Source: the human T2T-CHM13v2.0 reference genome, Homo sapiens. Taken from it: 64,000 bases of DNA. This document shows positions 25,554-42,162 of the stretch, piece after piece (the stretch's first letter is position 1; each line of letters begins with the position of its first letter). Position numbers and translations under genes: made by a program. Where the stretch lies: the NCBI RefSeq assembly GCF_009914755.1, contig NC_060926.1; one strand, 5' to 3'. The notes under the pieces were generated by a model. It saw only the letters and a list, made by a program, of their open reading frames with translations, did not search any database and had not been told where the DNA came from.

Positions 25554-27131
25554 ATGGAGGGGCCGGCAGAGTGGGGCCCCGAGGCGGCGCTGGGCCCCGA
25601 GGCGGTGCTGCGCTTCCTGGCGGAGCGCGGGGGCCGGGCCCTGCACGCCGAGCTGGTGCAGCACTTCAGGGGCGCCCTGGGCGGCGAACCGGAGCAGCGC
25701 GCCCGCGCCCGCGCGCACTTCAAGGAGCTGGTGAACGCCGTGGCCACTGTGCGCGTCGATCCCGCCGACGGCGCCAAGTACGTGCACCTCAAGAAGAGGT
25801 TCTGTGAAGGGCCGTCCGAGCCCTCCGGGGACCCGCCGCGAATCCAGGTGACCGCCGAGCCCGAGGCCCCCGACGGCCCTGCCGGGCCCGAGGCGCGCGA
25901 TCGGCTCCCCGACGCGGCGGCCCCGGAGTCGCTCCCTGGACAGGGCCGCGAGCTGGGCGAGGGAGAGCCCCCCGCCCCCGCGCACTGGCCGCCCCTGAGC
26001 GCCGGGGCTCGCAGGAAGAACTCGCGGCGCGACGTGCAGCCCCTACCGCGGACTCCAGCCCCGGGGCCCAGCGAGGACCTGGAGCTCCCGCCACATGGCT
26101 GCGAGGAGGCGGACAGGGGCAGCTCCCTTGTGGGGGCTACCGCACAGAGGCCGGCCCGCCAGAACCTCCGTGACCTGGTGATGGGCAGCTCCCCGCAGCT
26201 GAAGAGGAGCGTGTGTCCCGGGGGCAGCAGCCCGGGCAGCTCCTCCGGGGGAGGACGCGGCAGAGGCGGGGGCGACTCAGACAGCGCATCGGTGGCCTCG
26301 TCGTCCGCGGAGGAGGAGAGCAGCGGCGGAGGCTCCGTGACGCTGGACCCCCTGGAGCACGCGTGGATGCTCTCTGCCTCCGATGGCAAGTGGGACAGCC
26401 TGGAGGGCTTGCTCACCTGCGAGCCCGGCCTGCTGGTCAAGCGGGACTTCATTACCGGCTTCACTTGCCTGCACTGGGCCGCCAAGCACGGCAGGCAGGA
26501 GCTTCTGGCCATGCTAGTCAACTTCGCCAACAAACACCAGCTGCCGGTGAACATCGACGCCAGGACGAGCGGGGGTTACACCGCCCTGCACTTGGCAGCC
26601 ATGCACGGCCACGTGGAGGTGGTGAAGCTGCTGGTGGGGGCCTACGACGCCGATGTGGACATCAGGGACTACAGTGGGAAAAAGGCCTCCCAGTACCTGA
26701 GTCGGAGCATCGCCGAGGAGATCAAGAACCTGGTGGGAGCCCTGGACGAGGGTGACGGGGAAAGCGCCGCGGGTAGCGGCGGCGGGCGCTGGAGGCTTTC
26801 AAAGGTGCTTCCCTCGCATCTCATCACCTACAAACTCTCACACGCCCTAGAAGATGGAGGGGACCATCACCACCATCACCACTCGGCTGAGGGGTGGGTC
26901 GGAGGCAAAGCCAAGGATCCAGGGCGCAAAGCCTCGGGCAGCTCTAGTGGACGTATAAAACCCAGACTCAACAAAATCCGATTCAGAACCCAGATCGTCC
27001 ACACCACACCCTCTTTCAGGGACCCAGAGCAGCCGCTGGAGGGCAGGGGGGAGGAGGGAGTGGGGGAGGAACGACCTGTTAAAGGCCACTCGCCCTTCAC
27101 ATTGAGACCAAAGTCCAATGTATTTGGGTAA
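25554..27131 (+). CDS. SOWAHC: Sosondowah ankyrin repeat domain family member C (ANKRD57), 525 aa, single coding exon
   Basis: Uninterrupted ORF from ATG 25554 (aggATGg, strong Kozak) to TAA 27131. It starts MEGPAEWGPEAALGPEAVLRFLAERGG and has two ankyrin repeats (TGFTCLHWAAKHGRQELLAMLV; GGYTALHLAAMHGHVEVVKLLV), a His6 tract and the C-terminus RPKSNVFG. It matches my recollection of human SOWAHC. Confidence 0.97.
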   Translation: MEGPAEWGPEAALGPEAVLRFLAERGGRALHAELVQHFRGALGGEPEQRARARAHFKELVNAVATVRVDPADGAKYVHLKKRFCEGPSEPSGDPPRIQVTAEPEAPDGPAGPEARDRLPDAAAPESLPGQGRELGEGEPPAPAHWPPLSAGARRKNSRRDVQPLPRTPAPGPSEDLELPPHGCEEADRGSSLVGATAQRPARQNLRDLVMGSSPQLKRSVCPGGSSPGSSSGGGRGRGGGDSDSASVASSSAEEESSGGGSVTLDPLEHAWMLSASDGKWDSLEGLLTCEPGLLVKRDFITGFTCLHWAAKHGRQELLAMLVNFANKHQLPVNIDARTSGGYTALHLAAMHGHVEVVKLLVGAYDADVDIRDYSGKKASQYLSRSIAEEIKNLVGALDEGDGESAAGSGGGRWRLSKVLPSHLITYKLSHALEDGGDHHHHHHSAEGWVGGKAKDPGRKASGSSSGRIKPRLNKIRFRTQIVHTTPSFRDPEQPLEGRGEEGVGEERPVKGHSPFTLRPKSNVFG

Positions 27132-28719
27132 AAATTGCTTCTTTTAGAAAATGCAAAGGTTTATTTGTCTTAATAAATTGAATACTAGGTGTTGTAAGGA
27201 AGTGAGACCAGAAGGACAAGCTAAATTATGCATTCTTACTTGAGGGATCGGAATGGATGGGGCGGAGTTCTCTTCAGGCTAGCCTTCTGGGAAAAGTGGA
27301 TGTCTTTTTCAGAGATTCATCATACCTTGACCTGTACCTCTTCTCTGCCCTCCACTTCCCTGCCCTGGAGTCCGTTTCTGGAGACTAGAAATGTATCTAA
27401 ATTGGGGGAACAGAATGAATGAATTAATGAATGAGAGTTCCTTTGCTTTAACCATTCCTGGATGCCTGCAAAGTAAGGAATAATGCAGTTTTTATGTATC
27501 TGATTTTATAAGGGGTTACTCTTTCAAGAGTAACAAAAAAATGCAAACTGTAATGAAACTACATTGTATTTCTAAGTGTGAAAACGACAGGCTGCCCCGT
27601 TTTTACTAATTGCATTTGCATTTTAAGGTACTACTGAAGGTCAGATCAAAGTTGAAATGCAAAAATACTAATTAGAGAATAATGTGAATAAAATGGGAAT
27701 CTTCTTGGTATTTTATGTGTATTGTAAGTAGCAGTTAAATTATTTTTTTAAAAGCAATTTCAGTTTTAATCACTGAACAAAAGAAACAGGCAACATTCAC
27801 TTCTGTAGTATGGTTTCCACCTATCTCTAACACCACTATTAAGGTACACCAGTGTTAAGGTACATTAATAACTACACAAAATTTTATTTAAAGAGAACAC
27901 TTAGCAGCCTATGATAGTTTTCAATAAAATGTTGCCTCTCTTTCGGATTCTCACTAACTTTTGTTACTATTCTAAAAGTTTGAATTTGCTGGGGTGTTTA
28001 TTCTGAGGATTATTTAACCATTGTTCTATTTGGCATAACCCTATTTAATGGTGCTTAGAGCTGAATTACCTACAGAAACTGTTTCTGGTTTAAATAATTA
28101 GCACAAATTGGCCTAAGTATTCATGAGCCCATGTTTCTGTGAAGTAATTATTAAACCAACTTAATGATTCTTATGTAAGGTACACTTTTTATTTTAATAC
28201 ATTGGTAGTCTCTATGACTTGTAGCAATGTTTTACAAATGTTTAAAATGCTAAACTTAATTTTCCAAGCTTTTCTTGACAATTAGATACCTATCCTGTAG
28301 TTACTGAAAATCTGGGTAGTAAATCTACCCAATTAAAATGGCACTTTATAAAAGGGAATAGAGAAGAGATGGGACTATTTCTATATTTAAATGCTGCTGG
28401 CTATTCCTTTGTATATAAATGAAAAATACCATTCATTAAAATTAAGTACTCGTTTAAGTATGGTTCTTAATTACATTTCATTCATTTATATTAGAGTAAA
28501 TGGCTTCATAACTACTTTAAAATTTAACCCACAAGCATATTAAATCTGTTTGTTATAAGATTGGAAACAATTTTTGAGAGGGACTAATTTAAACAAGTCC
28601 TCCTTTAGTCTTTTGGGTCGCGTAGTTGCTGAAACCTAAGTACCTGCAGCCTACAGGATAAGGAAGTTCACAGCCTGCGGGGTGAATGAACCCATGTGTG
28701 AACTGCACAGAGCAATTCA

Positions 28720-29097
<378 letters not shown>

Positions 29098-30033
29098 GAT
29101 GAATGAAAATATGAAATATATAAACTAGTATCCATTTATTTGCATTTATTGTGGGATTTCAGATATGAACGGTGTAAATTTGAGAAGCACTTATGCATAC
29201 ATGTGGGTGAAAAACCAATCTAATTTTGTATAAATAAAAACAGGCTCCTGGAAGGTGAAAAGTAGTCATTTGTTCTAAATCTATACATATTACTTGTATC
29301 TAGTGCAGAATAAGCTATAACATCCCATTGAGGAATCTTAAATTTCATAGACATGTAAAGCTGAAGTAACTCTAAAGAGCAGATGCTTCAGAACCATCAG
29401 AAGGTTCTGGTCAACAGTCAGTATTATCTCTTAAATGTATATGTTGGTCACTAATTGCACAAAATCTATAATTTGCCAGGGCTTTAGAGATTGAGTCAAT
29501 ATGTCATTTACCATGGTTTTCCCACTGAAGGCTTTAACTTTTCTGATAAAATAATATTTTAAATTTTCAAAAACCCATTCCTGAGGAGAACTACTTCTAG
29601 CATTCCTTTTCATGATGTGCTTTTGTGCAGTAAGTAGCATTTTCGGCTACTTAACTTTACATTCCTCTTATTTTTCAGTTTCCAGTCAAGATTATAAAAA
29701 GCAAATGATTGATATAATTTGATATTCATAGAGTTGTGCCTACCTTTAATGGAAAAATACATGTCAGATACTTAGATGTTTATTGATATGAGACTATGTG
29801 GTTAAAAAACCCAAGTATGTCCATGTGTTTCTTATAAGGTACACTTGAAACTAGTGAGTGTTTGTCACATTTCACTTTCATGGTATATAAAATGCAGTTT
29901 GCATATATAACTTGAATATCTGGTACTAGTTTTTTCACGCCTGCAATCTTGGAGTCTAGGTTGCCTTGTCTCTCCTATTTTTAAATAAGTGAAATTTGGG
30001 AGATTGTAAAATCTGTAAAGTTTGTTTTGTGAA

Positions 30034-30039
30034 AATAAA
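30034..30039 (+). terminator. Probable distal polyadenylation signal of SOWAHC
   Basis: AATAAA preceded by TGTA elements and followed by a U/GU-rich tract (tttttctctg..., tttctgtcgt). Confidence 0.6.
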
Positions 30040-31389
30040 ATGTTCACAGTAGAATTTTTCTCTGAATTGTCTAAGTTTCTGTCGTCCTTTAGACTTTTTA
30101 CATATACTGTGTTTTACAGTTCACAAAATGCTTTTTGAAGTTTCAGTTTATTTGACCCTTTTCCTATCCCTTAAGATTATGGGCCATATATTCTTGACTT
30201 ACAGATAAGAAAATAGAGGTTAATGGTTGTTCAGGGTCACACAGTAAAAAGCTGTTAGTAAGATTATAAGAGTCAGGGCTTTCCCACAACGTTATCTTTT
30301 CTGCACATTGAATTGCCACATTTTTAGCAAAACTGCTGTAGTTTGGCACCAGTGATGGAGGAATCAACTTGGAGAGAAGGTAATACCTCCACCACTACCT
30401 AAAAAAAAGCTGTATGGGTTTTGCACACACCATCTGCCATAAACCTGCCCTACCCAGGGCTGACTTCAAGACAGGTGTAGGAATACCGTTTTTCATTTTT
30501 CAGCCTCTGTGAAGCATTGAGAGTTAATTACCTCATCAAGGCTTCCTGTGATCTGTATTTTTAGCAAAATTCAACTCTGTTGAATGGCAAAGGGATGTGG
30601 TACTCCTTTGGTGTAATCGCCCACTATTGCTCTATCCGGGAGATCCCACTGTGATGGCTGCTGGGGTTATTCTTGTTTTATGATAACCCATAAAATATTT
30701 TTCAGGATCACTGAAAGACTAGATAAGTAGTTTGTTTTTCTAGAATAACTTCTTTCCTTAGAAGTACATGTCTTAAAAGGATTTATTAACCAGTTCACTT
30801 AAAGATATTTTTGAAATTTTCCTAGTAAAAATTATTTTTATTTTGCTAAGTAAATAGCATTATTTGGAGTTTCTTACATGATTAATTCCAGGATTAAATA
30901 CTTGGAATTTGCTGTAAACCAGTATTCCTTCAATGATCACCCAAGTCTTCATAAATCACTGAATATTAGAGGGTTGGAAGATGACTCTACAGAAACTTGT
31001 TTCTCAAGATACAGAAGTCATGTGGTTCACATAACTACCTGCTTTTTCCATGAAGAACACTATACTTTTTTTCTCAATCTTCTCTTTAAATGTCAGTTTC
31101 ATCTCAGTAAGTAGCTTTCCTATTCTGTTAACTAATAGCCTATTTTTCCACATCGATGCATTGGTAAGGAATGTGTGACAAATGTTCTACCCTTGCACAG
31201 TGCCTGGCATGTTGAAGGTACTCAGTAAGGGTCTTTTAATGGAAAACATTAAATATTTTATAATGTTACATAATATGGATAATTCAATTACATGCATTCA
31301 TGCTATGTGAATAGTTTTTTTATATAACATGGCTCTTAAATACCAGCCTATCAGTTCATCTGCAGCTCAGCCAAAAGAACAGCAAGTTA

Positions 31390-31761
<372 letters not shown>

Positions 31762-32166
31762 TCAAAAAAAAAATAGAAAGAAAGAAAGTTTCCTTACAAG
31801 CTGACTCAAGTCCAAGACCTGTAGGAGAAATTATTCTAATTGGCCTTAAATAGTCTAAGTACTGTCAGGTATACAAATGACTACTTATTCTGTGAAATCC
31901 CAAAGAGCAAATGAATAGGGAAATGAAGTTTAGTTTAACATGGAGAACTTTCTAATAATCATTTTAAACATACCATGGACTGCCTTGTGAGATAGAACAT
32001 TCAGCCTTTGGAAATGTGTCAGAGGTTGCATGAGCACCTGAAAATTTAAAATAGATCATTTTAAAGCACACTTGTGACCAGTTCTGTCTCAAGAAACACT
32101 GCTCTAAACCATATTCATTCTGACCAAAGCTTTGGCCAAAAGCAGCCTAACTTAGGATAAAGTTAA

Positions 32167-32513
<347 letters not shown>

Positions 32514-32814
32514 TAACCCAACTTTATGCTATTCTGATCAAAGAACCTGGGAGCCCTCCATTAGAATAGTCTTCTGGATCTCTAAGAAACTTTGAATATA
32601 ATAGTTTAGAAACATAATTGAGCATTCTTGAGATTTGTCCAGAAATTTCTGATATTGATGTTGGATCTTTGAATTTGCATTTAAGAGGCAATGATGGCCA
32701 GGTGCGGTGGCCTACACCTGTAATCCCAGCACTTTGGGAGGCCAAGGCAGGTGAATCACGAGGTTAGGAGTTCGAGACCAGCCTGGCCAACATAATGAAA
32801 CCCCATCTCTACTA

Positions 32815-33030
<216 letters not shown>

Positions 33031-33982
33031 TCAGTTCAGCACTATTGAGCAAAGAATCACCTTTGGCTTAGCCAGGTTTAGAATCACCTAGGTGCTGACA
33101 TGGCAGCAAGACTAAGGTTAAGACTAAGACGGCTAAGACTTTCAGGAAGCTTACTATATATACCCGATGAGGTTTCAAGTACTTTATAAAAAGCAAGCTG
33201 TTTAACTCTCATAATACCCCTTCCCTGATTCTAGTACCTCACTTCTACTGATGGAGAACTGAAATGCAAAAACCCAAATAGCTGCTACTTGCCCAAGGTC
33301 ACAAAGCTAGTTCTTAGCAGTTCAGCTTTGTGCTCAGGCAGACTGGCTCTAAGGTTTGTGGGAAGCCCTAGTGGTACAGGAAATACCACTTCTTTGGGAA
33401 CATAAGAGACAGTCAACTGGCCTGAAGTTTATGGGGCTAGCACCTAATGAAGTACAAATGATACAGGAAATTCATACTATTGCAGAAGAGAGCAAACTAA
33501 GAACCAAAAACAAGCATTAATGATTGAGACAGATAATGACTTGAACACTCTGTTGTTACTTCACAGCAGTAGGGTTAGAACTGGATTTTTAGGGGTTTGC
33601 ATTTTCCAGTGTCACCTAGGATCAAATTAATTTGGGTCAGGAAAGAATATTTCTTCAGCTCAGAATGGTGGAGCTGCTAAAATATTTGAGGTGTAGTTAT
33701 ATTTCTTTGTTTAGGCTCACCTCCCCTCTGTCCAGTCCCCTTTCACTTGTCTAAGCACTTAAGCATTAACGGAAGGGCTTAGCCCACTTCCACATAATCA
33801 TGAGATTAAACGCCAGCGTAGAAGAAAACCAGCAACACGGCATCTGGTTTTCGTACTATACATTTATAAATTTGCAACCCACTAAAAGAATTTTGATAGT
33901 TCATTTTGAGGCCGGGCACAGTGGCTCATGCCTGTAATCCCAGCAATTTGGGAGGCTGAGGCAGGTGGATCACCTGAGGTCA

Positions 33983-34228
<246 letters not shown>

Positions 34229-35943
34229 TCATTTTGGCACAGGCGGGAGTGTTATGTTTGTTCTATCGGAATCTATTACAAAGGGTGCTATTTTCCCTGC
34301 CTGTAAATCCCTAGTGGCCTCTTCCTTGAGCCCATACCCACCCCCGGCCACTTGTCAGTGTCCTCCTCTGTGCCCCTGCATGTCCCTCTCTGGTGCACCA
34401 CCAGTTTTCTTGCCCACTGTCCAACTGCTCTCCAGAGGGGATATCTCAGCCACACAGCTATCCTGAGCAGGCTTGTACTCGGGGGCTGTTTATGGGTTAA
34501 CAGAATGAACAGCTCTTCTTGCCAGCTGGCCTCCTGCGGTCCGGACTCTGCCCCACAATTCTTGGATCTCTAAGAGGGTGACCTATCTGGAGCTTCCCCT
34601 GACTAAAACCCAGAGTGACCCCGATGGATGGCTTTTGGCAGGCGACTCCAGTTTCTGTGTGGTCAGGTGGAATTTGCCTAAAAGCTATCCCACTCTGATT
34701 ATTCTTCCCAATGTCTGACCTTGAAATGGCTCATGGCTTAAGGTGTGCACCCAGGTGGGTGCTGTGAGAGAATTCTGTCCAGGAAAGAGAATGCTTTGGT
34801 CCGTAATCAACCTCTAGAAAACCATGATGCCTTTATCAAGAAGGTGGATACCACCATGGAAGCCAAAATCAATCTCCTAAAAGAACTCCAAAAACAAGGT
34901 TGGTAGGTTTGGGGTGGGGAGAGGAAAGGAGAAGGGAGAGGACCCAGGAGAGCCCAGGATGGGGTCTGGACAGCCAAGAGGTGCTCAAGAGAGTTTTTGG
35001 CAAAACACAGGGGTCTTCCCCTATGTCATCTTTGTGCCCATTTAATTTTACAACAACGTGATAGGTGCCTTCTGTGCACTGCACAGCTTGGGAAGGAGCT
35101 GGGTCTGCGGTTGACTCAGAGCTTTGCAAACTCACTTCTTCAAAAGAGGCCAAGGGAGCATGGAGGGTGGCCTGAGGCTAAGACAAAAACAAACACCAAA
35201 GTTCAGCCCATCTTACAAAATTGTTCTGAGATAACCTTCACTCAGGTGGTGCTCCAGGGAGGGGTGGCAGGAGGCAAGCAGAGCGGAGCAGGTAGAGGCC
35301 ATCTGGCAGAGCGCTTTGAAAGCTAGCCTGAGAAATTGATTCAGAAAGAGGCTCTGGGAAGCTTTTTGAGCAGGAAGGTAACATGATGCATATTATATTT
35401 TAAGAAATTCACCTGGAAGAATCAACCGCTTTTACTACTCTGACCATTATTCTGAACCATGACACATGCTTTCAGCTGAACTTGCCCATCTCACAAACAT
35501 GATTTCACTACTAGAGTGTTCTTCAGGTTTCCATCTACAGCCATCTGTGAGTTGTCTGGAGAATGTTGCTTGAGGTCTGCTTCTCTTTTTCTTCCCTTGT
35601 AGGGAGGTAATGAATAGTCTAGATATCTGAGATTGTGGTCTGATCGTACCAAGTGCTGCTAAAGATGTGGTGCAAAGAGAACTCTCATACACAGAAAGGG
35701 AGTCATTAGTGCCACCCTGGTGAGTAATGTGGAAAAACTACTTGGAAACGCAGTTGAAGACACACATACTCTTCAACTCAACTATTTCACTTCTCATTGC
35801 GTATGCTGCACCAGTGGTGGCCTTGGAACCAGCAGTATCCTCTTCTTAGAAATGCAGAATCTAGCCGGGCATGGTGGCTCACTCCTGTAATCCCAGCACT
35901 TTGGGAAGCCAAGGTGGGCAGATCACCTGAGGTCAGGAGTTCA

Positions 35944-36393
<450 letters not shown>

Positions 36394-36530
36394 TCATACA
36401 ATGACATGTATAAAGCAGTTAAAAATAAATGAAGTAGGCCAGGTGCAATGGCTCATGCCTGTAATCCCAGCACTTTGGGAGGCCGAGGCAGGCGGATCGC
36501 GAGGTCAGGAGATCGAGACCACCCTGGCTA

Positions 36531-36918
<388 letters not shown>

Positions 36919-38174
36919 TTAGTCAGAGTATTGACCATAAAGACCAAATTAAAGACATGGTTACCTCCGGGAGAAGGGGAGTGAAGTGGAGAAACTGAAC
37001 TAGATCTGTGGTGTTCCCTTTCTTTAAGAAAAAAATTAGAATGAAACATAGCAAGATGTTTAAATGTGATAAAGCTAGGGTATATATTTGTCTACTACAT
37101 TTTTCTGTGTTAGAAATATGGTATAAGGGGAAAAAAGAATTAAAATGACAGGTGGACCTTGGTCTCCCTTGCTATAACCTTCCTGTTCGTCCCTATTTTG
37201 TTGTTTCTTGAACTCATTGACAGTAACATCTAGATGATAACATCCAAATGCCCCTGAGAAGGGCCAGGCGCAGTGGCTCACACCTGTAATCCCTGAACTT
37301 TGAGAGGCCGAGGTGGGTGGATCATTTGAGGTCTGGAGTTTGAGACCAGCCTGACCAACATGGTGAAACCCCATCTCTACTGAAAATACAAAAAATTAGC
37401 CATGTGCCTGTAGTCCCAGCTACTCGGGAGGATGAGGCAGGAGAATCACTTGAACCCAGGAGGCGGAGGTTAGAGTGAGCTGAGATTCCGCCACTGCACT
37501 CCAGCCTGGGCAAAAGAGTGAGACTCCATCTCAAAACGAAAAACAAAACAAACAAACAAACAAACAAATGCCCCTGAGAAGGCTGTCTTTCCATTCTTAA
37601 CACACCAGACAGAACTGAACTGAAGAGGTGGACATCAGCAACATCAGCCAGTCGATGGGGAGGTGAGTTAATGGGGAGGTAAGGCTGCTGTGCAGACTGG
37701 CCACTCGACTCTATTCCAGCCCACTTGCCCAGGGCCCCCTTCCAGAAGCTGGTACATTTCTTAGGCTCAACAGGATGCTGCTCAGACCTGTACTTCTGAG
37801 GATTTTCAGTAGACTGGCTTCTGCCAAGCTGCCTTGCAGATGAGGAAGGTAAAAGTAAAGTGCAGGCTGTTTTTCTGCCATCGTCACTCCTGCAGGCAAG
37901 CTGGCAATAGGGCCTTTCCTGGGCAGGGGAGCCCTTGTTGGGTCTTTAGCTTTGTGGGTGTCCATAACGGTGTACAGGTGTCCAGTCTGCTGGAGTGGGC
38001 TACGGCTGGGTGGTGTGTGCTCAGACTTGTGGTGGAGGCAGTAGTCAAGGAGTAGTTGTGACTTAAAAACAAACAAACGAACAGGGCTGGGTGTAGTGGC
38101 ACACACCTGTAATCCAAGCTACTTGGGAGGCTGAGCCCAGGAGTCCAGGAGTTCCAAGCTATAGTGTGCAATGA

Positions 38175-38585
<411 letters not shown>

Positions 38586-39214
38586 TAAAAGGCCTGAGGA
38601 AAGCACATACATTCTGTATATATAATGATGATTTTTCATAAACTAAACACATCTGTGTAACCAGCACCCAGAACAAGATAGGAAACATCAGCTCCCCAGA
38701 AGCCCCTCTTGTGTCCCTGCGAGGCATGATCTTCTTCACAAGGGTGACACTCTCCTGACTTCTAACACCTTAGGTGATCTTCCACACTTTCTGTATATCC
38801 ACACAAATGGAATTATGAAGTACATATTATATGTCTGACTTTACTCAGCAATGTTTGTAAGATTTATCCATATTGTTGCTTATAGTTGTAAATAGACGGT
38901 CTATTCTCATTGCTATATAGTTGTATGACTATAACACAATTTATCCCTTCAACAGTTGATAATCAGTTGAGGAGGGCTATCATTTGGGGGTGTCACTGTG
39001 AACATTCCAATGAAAGATTTGTGGTGAACATACATACAATTTATGCATTGCTGGGCTTGAGAGGGTGCGTATCTGTGTCTTTGATGGACATGGGGCATTG
39101 ACTTCTTGATTTTCTGTCTTCTGGATGGTAACAGTGGTGGCTGCTCCTGTGGCCCATCTCATGGACATCTTCTGGGAGGATCCTGAGCACTGGGCCTGCA
39201 GCCACCCTCCATCA

Positions 39215-39412
<198 letters not shown>

Positions 39413-39566
39413 CTAGGTGTGGTGGCTTGCGCCTGTAATCCTAGCTACTCCGGAGGCTGAGGCATGAGAATTGCTTGAACCCAGGTGGCAGAAGTTGCAG
39501 TGAGTGGAGATCGCGCCACTGCACTCCAGCCTGGATGACAAAGTGAGACTCTGTCTCAAAAAATAA

Positions 39567-39601
<35 letters not shown>

Positions 39602-40111
39602 ATAGATTCCCACTATTCCCAGTATGGCCACATTCAGTTTATACTAATTTAAGCCTCCGTCATTTATATCCTCATTTATATTCTAATACTTTCTCAGGTG
39701 GATACATTTTTTTCTGCTAACCTCGTCCTCTTTTTCTCAAAGCTCTCTGCTTGCTTATGTATATTCCAACCTGTCCACGTTGTGCTTCAAGGCACTTTGC
39801 CAATAAGATGACATGGTACTTTTTCAAAGCACATTCCAGGTAGTGTGTTTATCTACTTTTATACAGTAGATTTTTTTTAACCTTACCAAAAAATATTTAA
39901 GTGAGTGAGAGTTATTTTTCTCTTCCTTTTGAGGGAGTTCGTGCTCTTGGCAGGCAGGTTGGCAGTCATTTAAAATGTCTAACTAGGCTGGGTGCAGTGG
40001 CTCACGCCTGTAATCCCAGCATTTTGGGAGGCTGAAGTGGGTGGATCACCTGAGGTCAGGAGTTTGAGACCAGCTGACCAACATGGTAAAACCTCGTCTC
40101 TACTAAAATTA

Positions 40112-40306
<195 letters not shown>

Positions 40307-40364
40307 TTAACTAACATTTAAATACTGAAGAGCTGCCAGCAAGTACAAATGTCACCTGGCCTAA

Positions 40365-40366
<2 letters not shown>

Positions 40367-40428
<62 letters not shown>

Positions 40429-40433
40429 TTTTT
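40367..40433. repeat. Perfect (AT)27 followed by poly-T
   Basis: Directly visible. Confidence 0.95.
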
Positions 40434-40686
40434 CATTTTCCTGGACCTCATTTTCACAAGCTTGAAAAATTGTAAATCTTCACCTTAATATAACAATTAA
40501 CTTACAAGTATTTACTAAGTTGAGAATTGATTTTTAAATCTCAACACCATGCTGTACAAATTTGAATAGTAAGTACGAAAATGTGTGTATGAGGCGAGGC
40601 ACAATGGCTCACACCTGTAATCCTAGCACTTTGGGAGGCTGAGGCAGGTGGATCACTAGGTCAGGAGTTTGAGACCAACCTGGCTA

Positions 40687-40815
<129 letters not shown>

Positions 40816-41274
40816 TCAGCCGTGATCACACCACTGCACTTCAGCCTGGGCAATAGAGCAAGACTCCGTTTCAAAAAAAAAAGAAAACGTGTATGAGTAT
40901 GGTTTGGTAAATACACACATACGTTATGTACCCCGCTAATATTTATTAATTAAAAAGCAATTCTAGAGCTCATACTGGGAGCAGCAGTACCTCCCCCATG
41001 GAGAACACAGTGAGCTAGATGTCCCAGGCTCTGCCCTGAAGGGACTCACAGTCAGAAGTAAAATACAACACGCCCACACATAACTACAGTGCAAGAAAGA
41101 ATGAGAAGAAAATCCATGTGGGCTAGACAGACAAAGTGACACTAAGGTTTAGGAGACAGGAGAAATTCCAGCTGGAGGATTGCATGTATTATGTGTGTAA
41201 GCGTGTGTATAATTATAATCCTCTAGCTGGAATACATATATGTGCACATATATATATATTTATGTATATTATGA

Positions 41275-41772
41275 TGTTCTGACATCTTAAAAAACCCTCC
41301 CTGGGGCAGCCAATTCTTGGAGATAAGAAATAACAGGCTCAGGTTGGAGCATGCCTTTGACAGGCAAACAAACCAACCCAGAGCCAGCACTCCTCTATCT
41401 GGCCTGCAAACCCTAGCAGACGGCTCCTCTACCTCAATCATCCCAAGGCCAGGTAGTACTCCAGGCAACCAGGGACCATCCCTAGAGTCTAGAGCCCACC
41501 AGAATTATCCGCTCTAGCCAATCCTATACTGTCCATTCTGCCCTGCCTTGCGGTTCCTGTGGAAACCACCATAAAGGCCATGGCCTGACCCTTCCCTGAC
41601 TCCTGTCTTCCACCTCCTGGCCACCCTGGTGTCTGCTGTGTGGCCTGTGTAGCGCGGCATGCCTCCTTTCTCTAGGACCGATGAGCATAATGCACTTTGC
41701 TCTCCCCAGTCTCTCCTTTGTTTCCTCTCATAGCCACACCTGACTGATGATTTCCTAAAAGAGTACAAAACA
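41275..41772 (+). mobile_element. ERVL-class LTR (MER73/MER74-like)
   Basis: Contains CCAGGCAACCAGGGACCA, AGCCAATCCTA and GGAAACCACCATAAAGGC, and ends AAAAGAGTACAAAACA. Family assignment is from memory. Confidence 0.5.
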
Positions 41773-41838
41773 AGGATCAGGAAAGACTTTGTGGAGGTAA
41801 TGTTGAGGGATGGATAGTATGAGTATAGAAAGTTTTCA

Positions 41839-42162
<324 letters not shown>

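Larger units (their letters stand above)
24400..26960. promoter_or_regulatory. CpG island covering SEPT10 exon 1, the shared promoter and most of the SOWAHC CDS
   Basis: Abrupt shift to very GC- and CpG-rich sequence compared with the AT-rich, CpG-poor flanks. Boundaries estimated by eye. Confidence 0.9.

Noticed and set aside
25295-26554. 419-aa antisense ORF overlapping SOWAHC
   Set aside because: Shadow ORF typical of the reverse strand of a GC-rich CDS; low-complexity composition and no recognisable domain.
25305-27131. 608-aa ORF from GTG 25305 as the annotated SOWAHC protein
   Set aside because: The track uses alternative start codons. The first in-frame ATG is 25554, in strong context, and gives the recognised 525-aa protein. 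The extension is kept only as a low-confidence finding.
35705-35725. CTCF-like sequence (minus strand TCACCAGGGTGGCACT)
   Set aside because: Spacing is one base off the CCASYAGRKGGC core, so it cannot be supported without a PWM scan or ChIP data.
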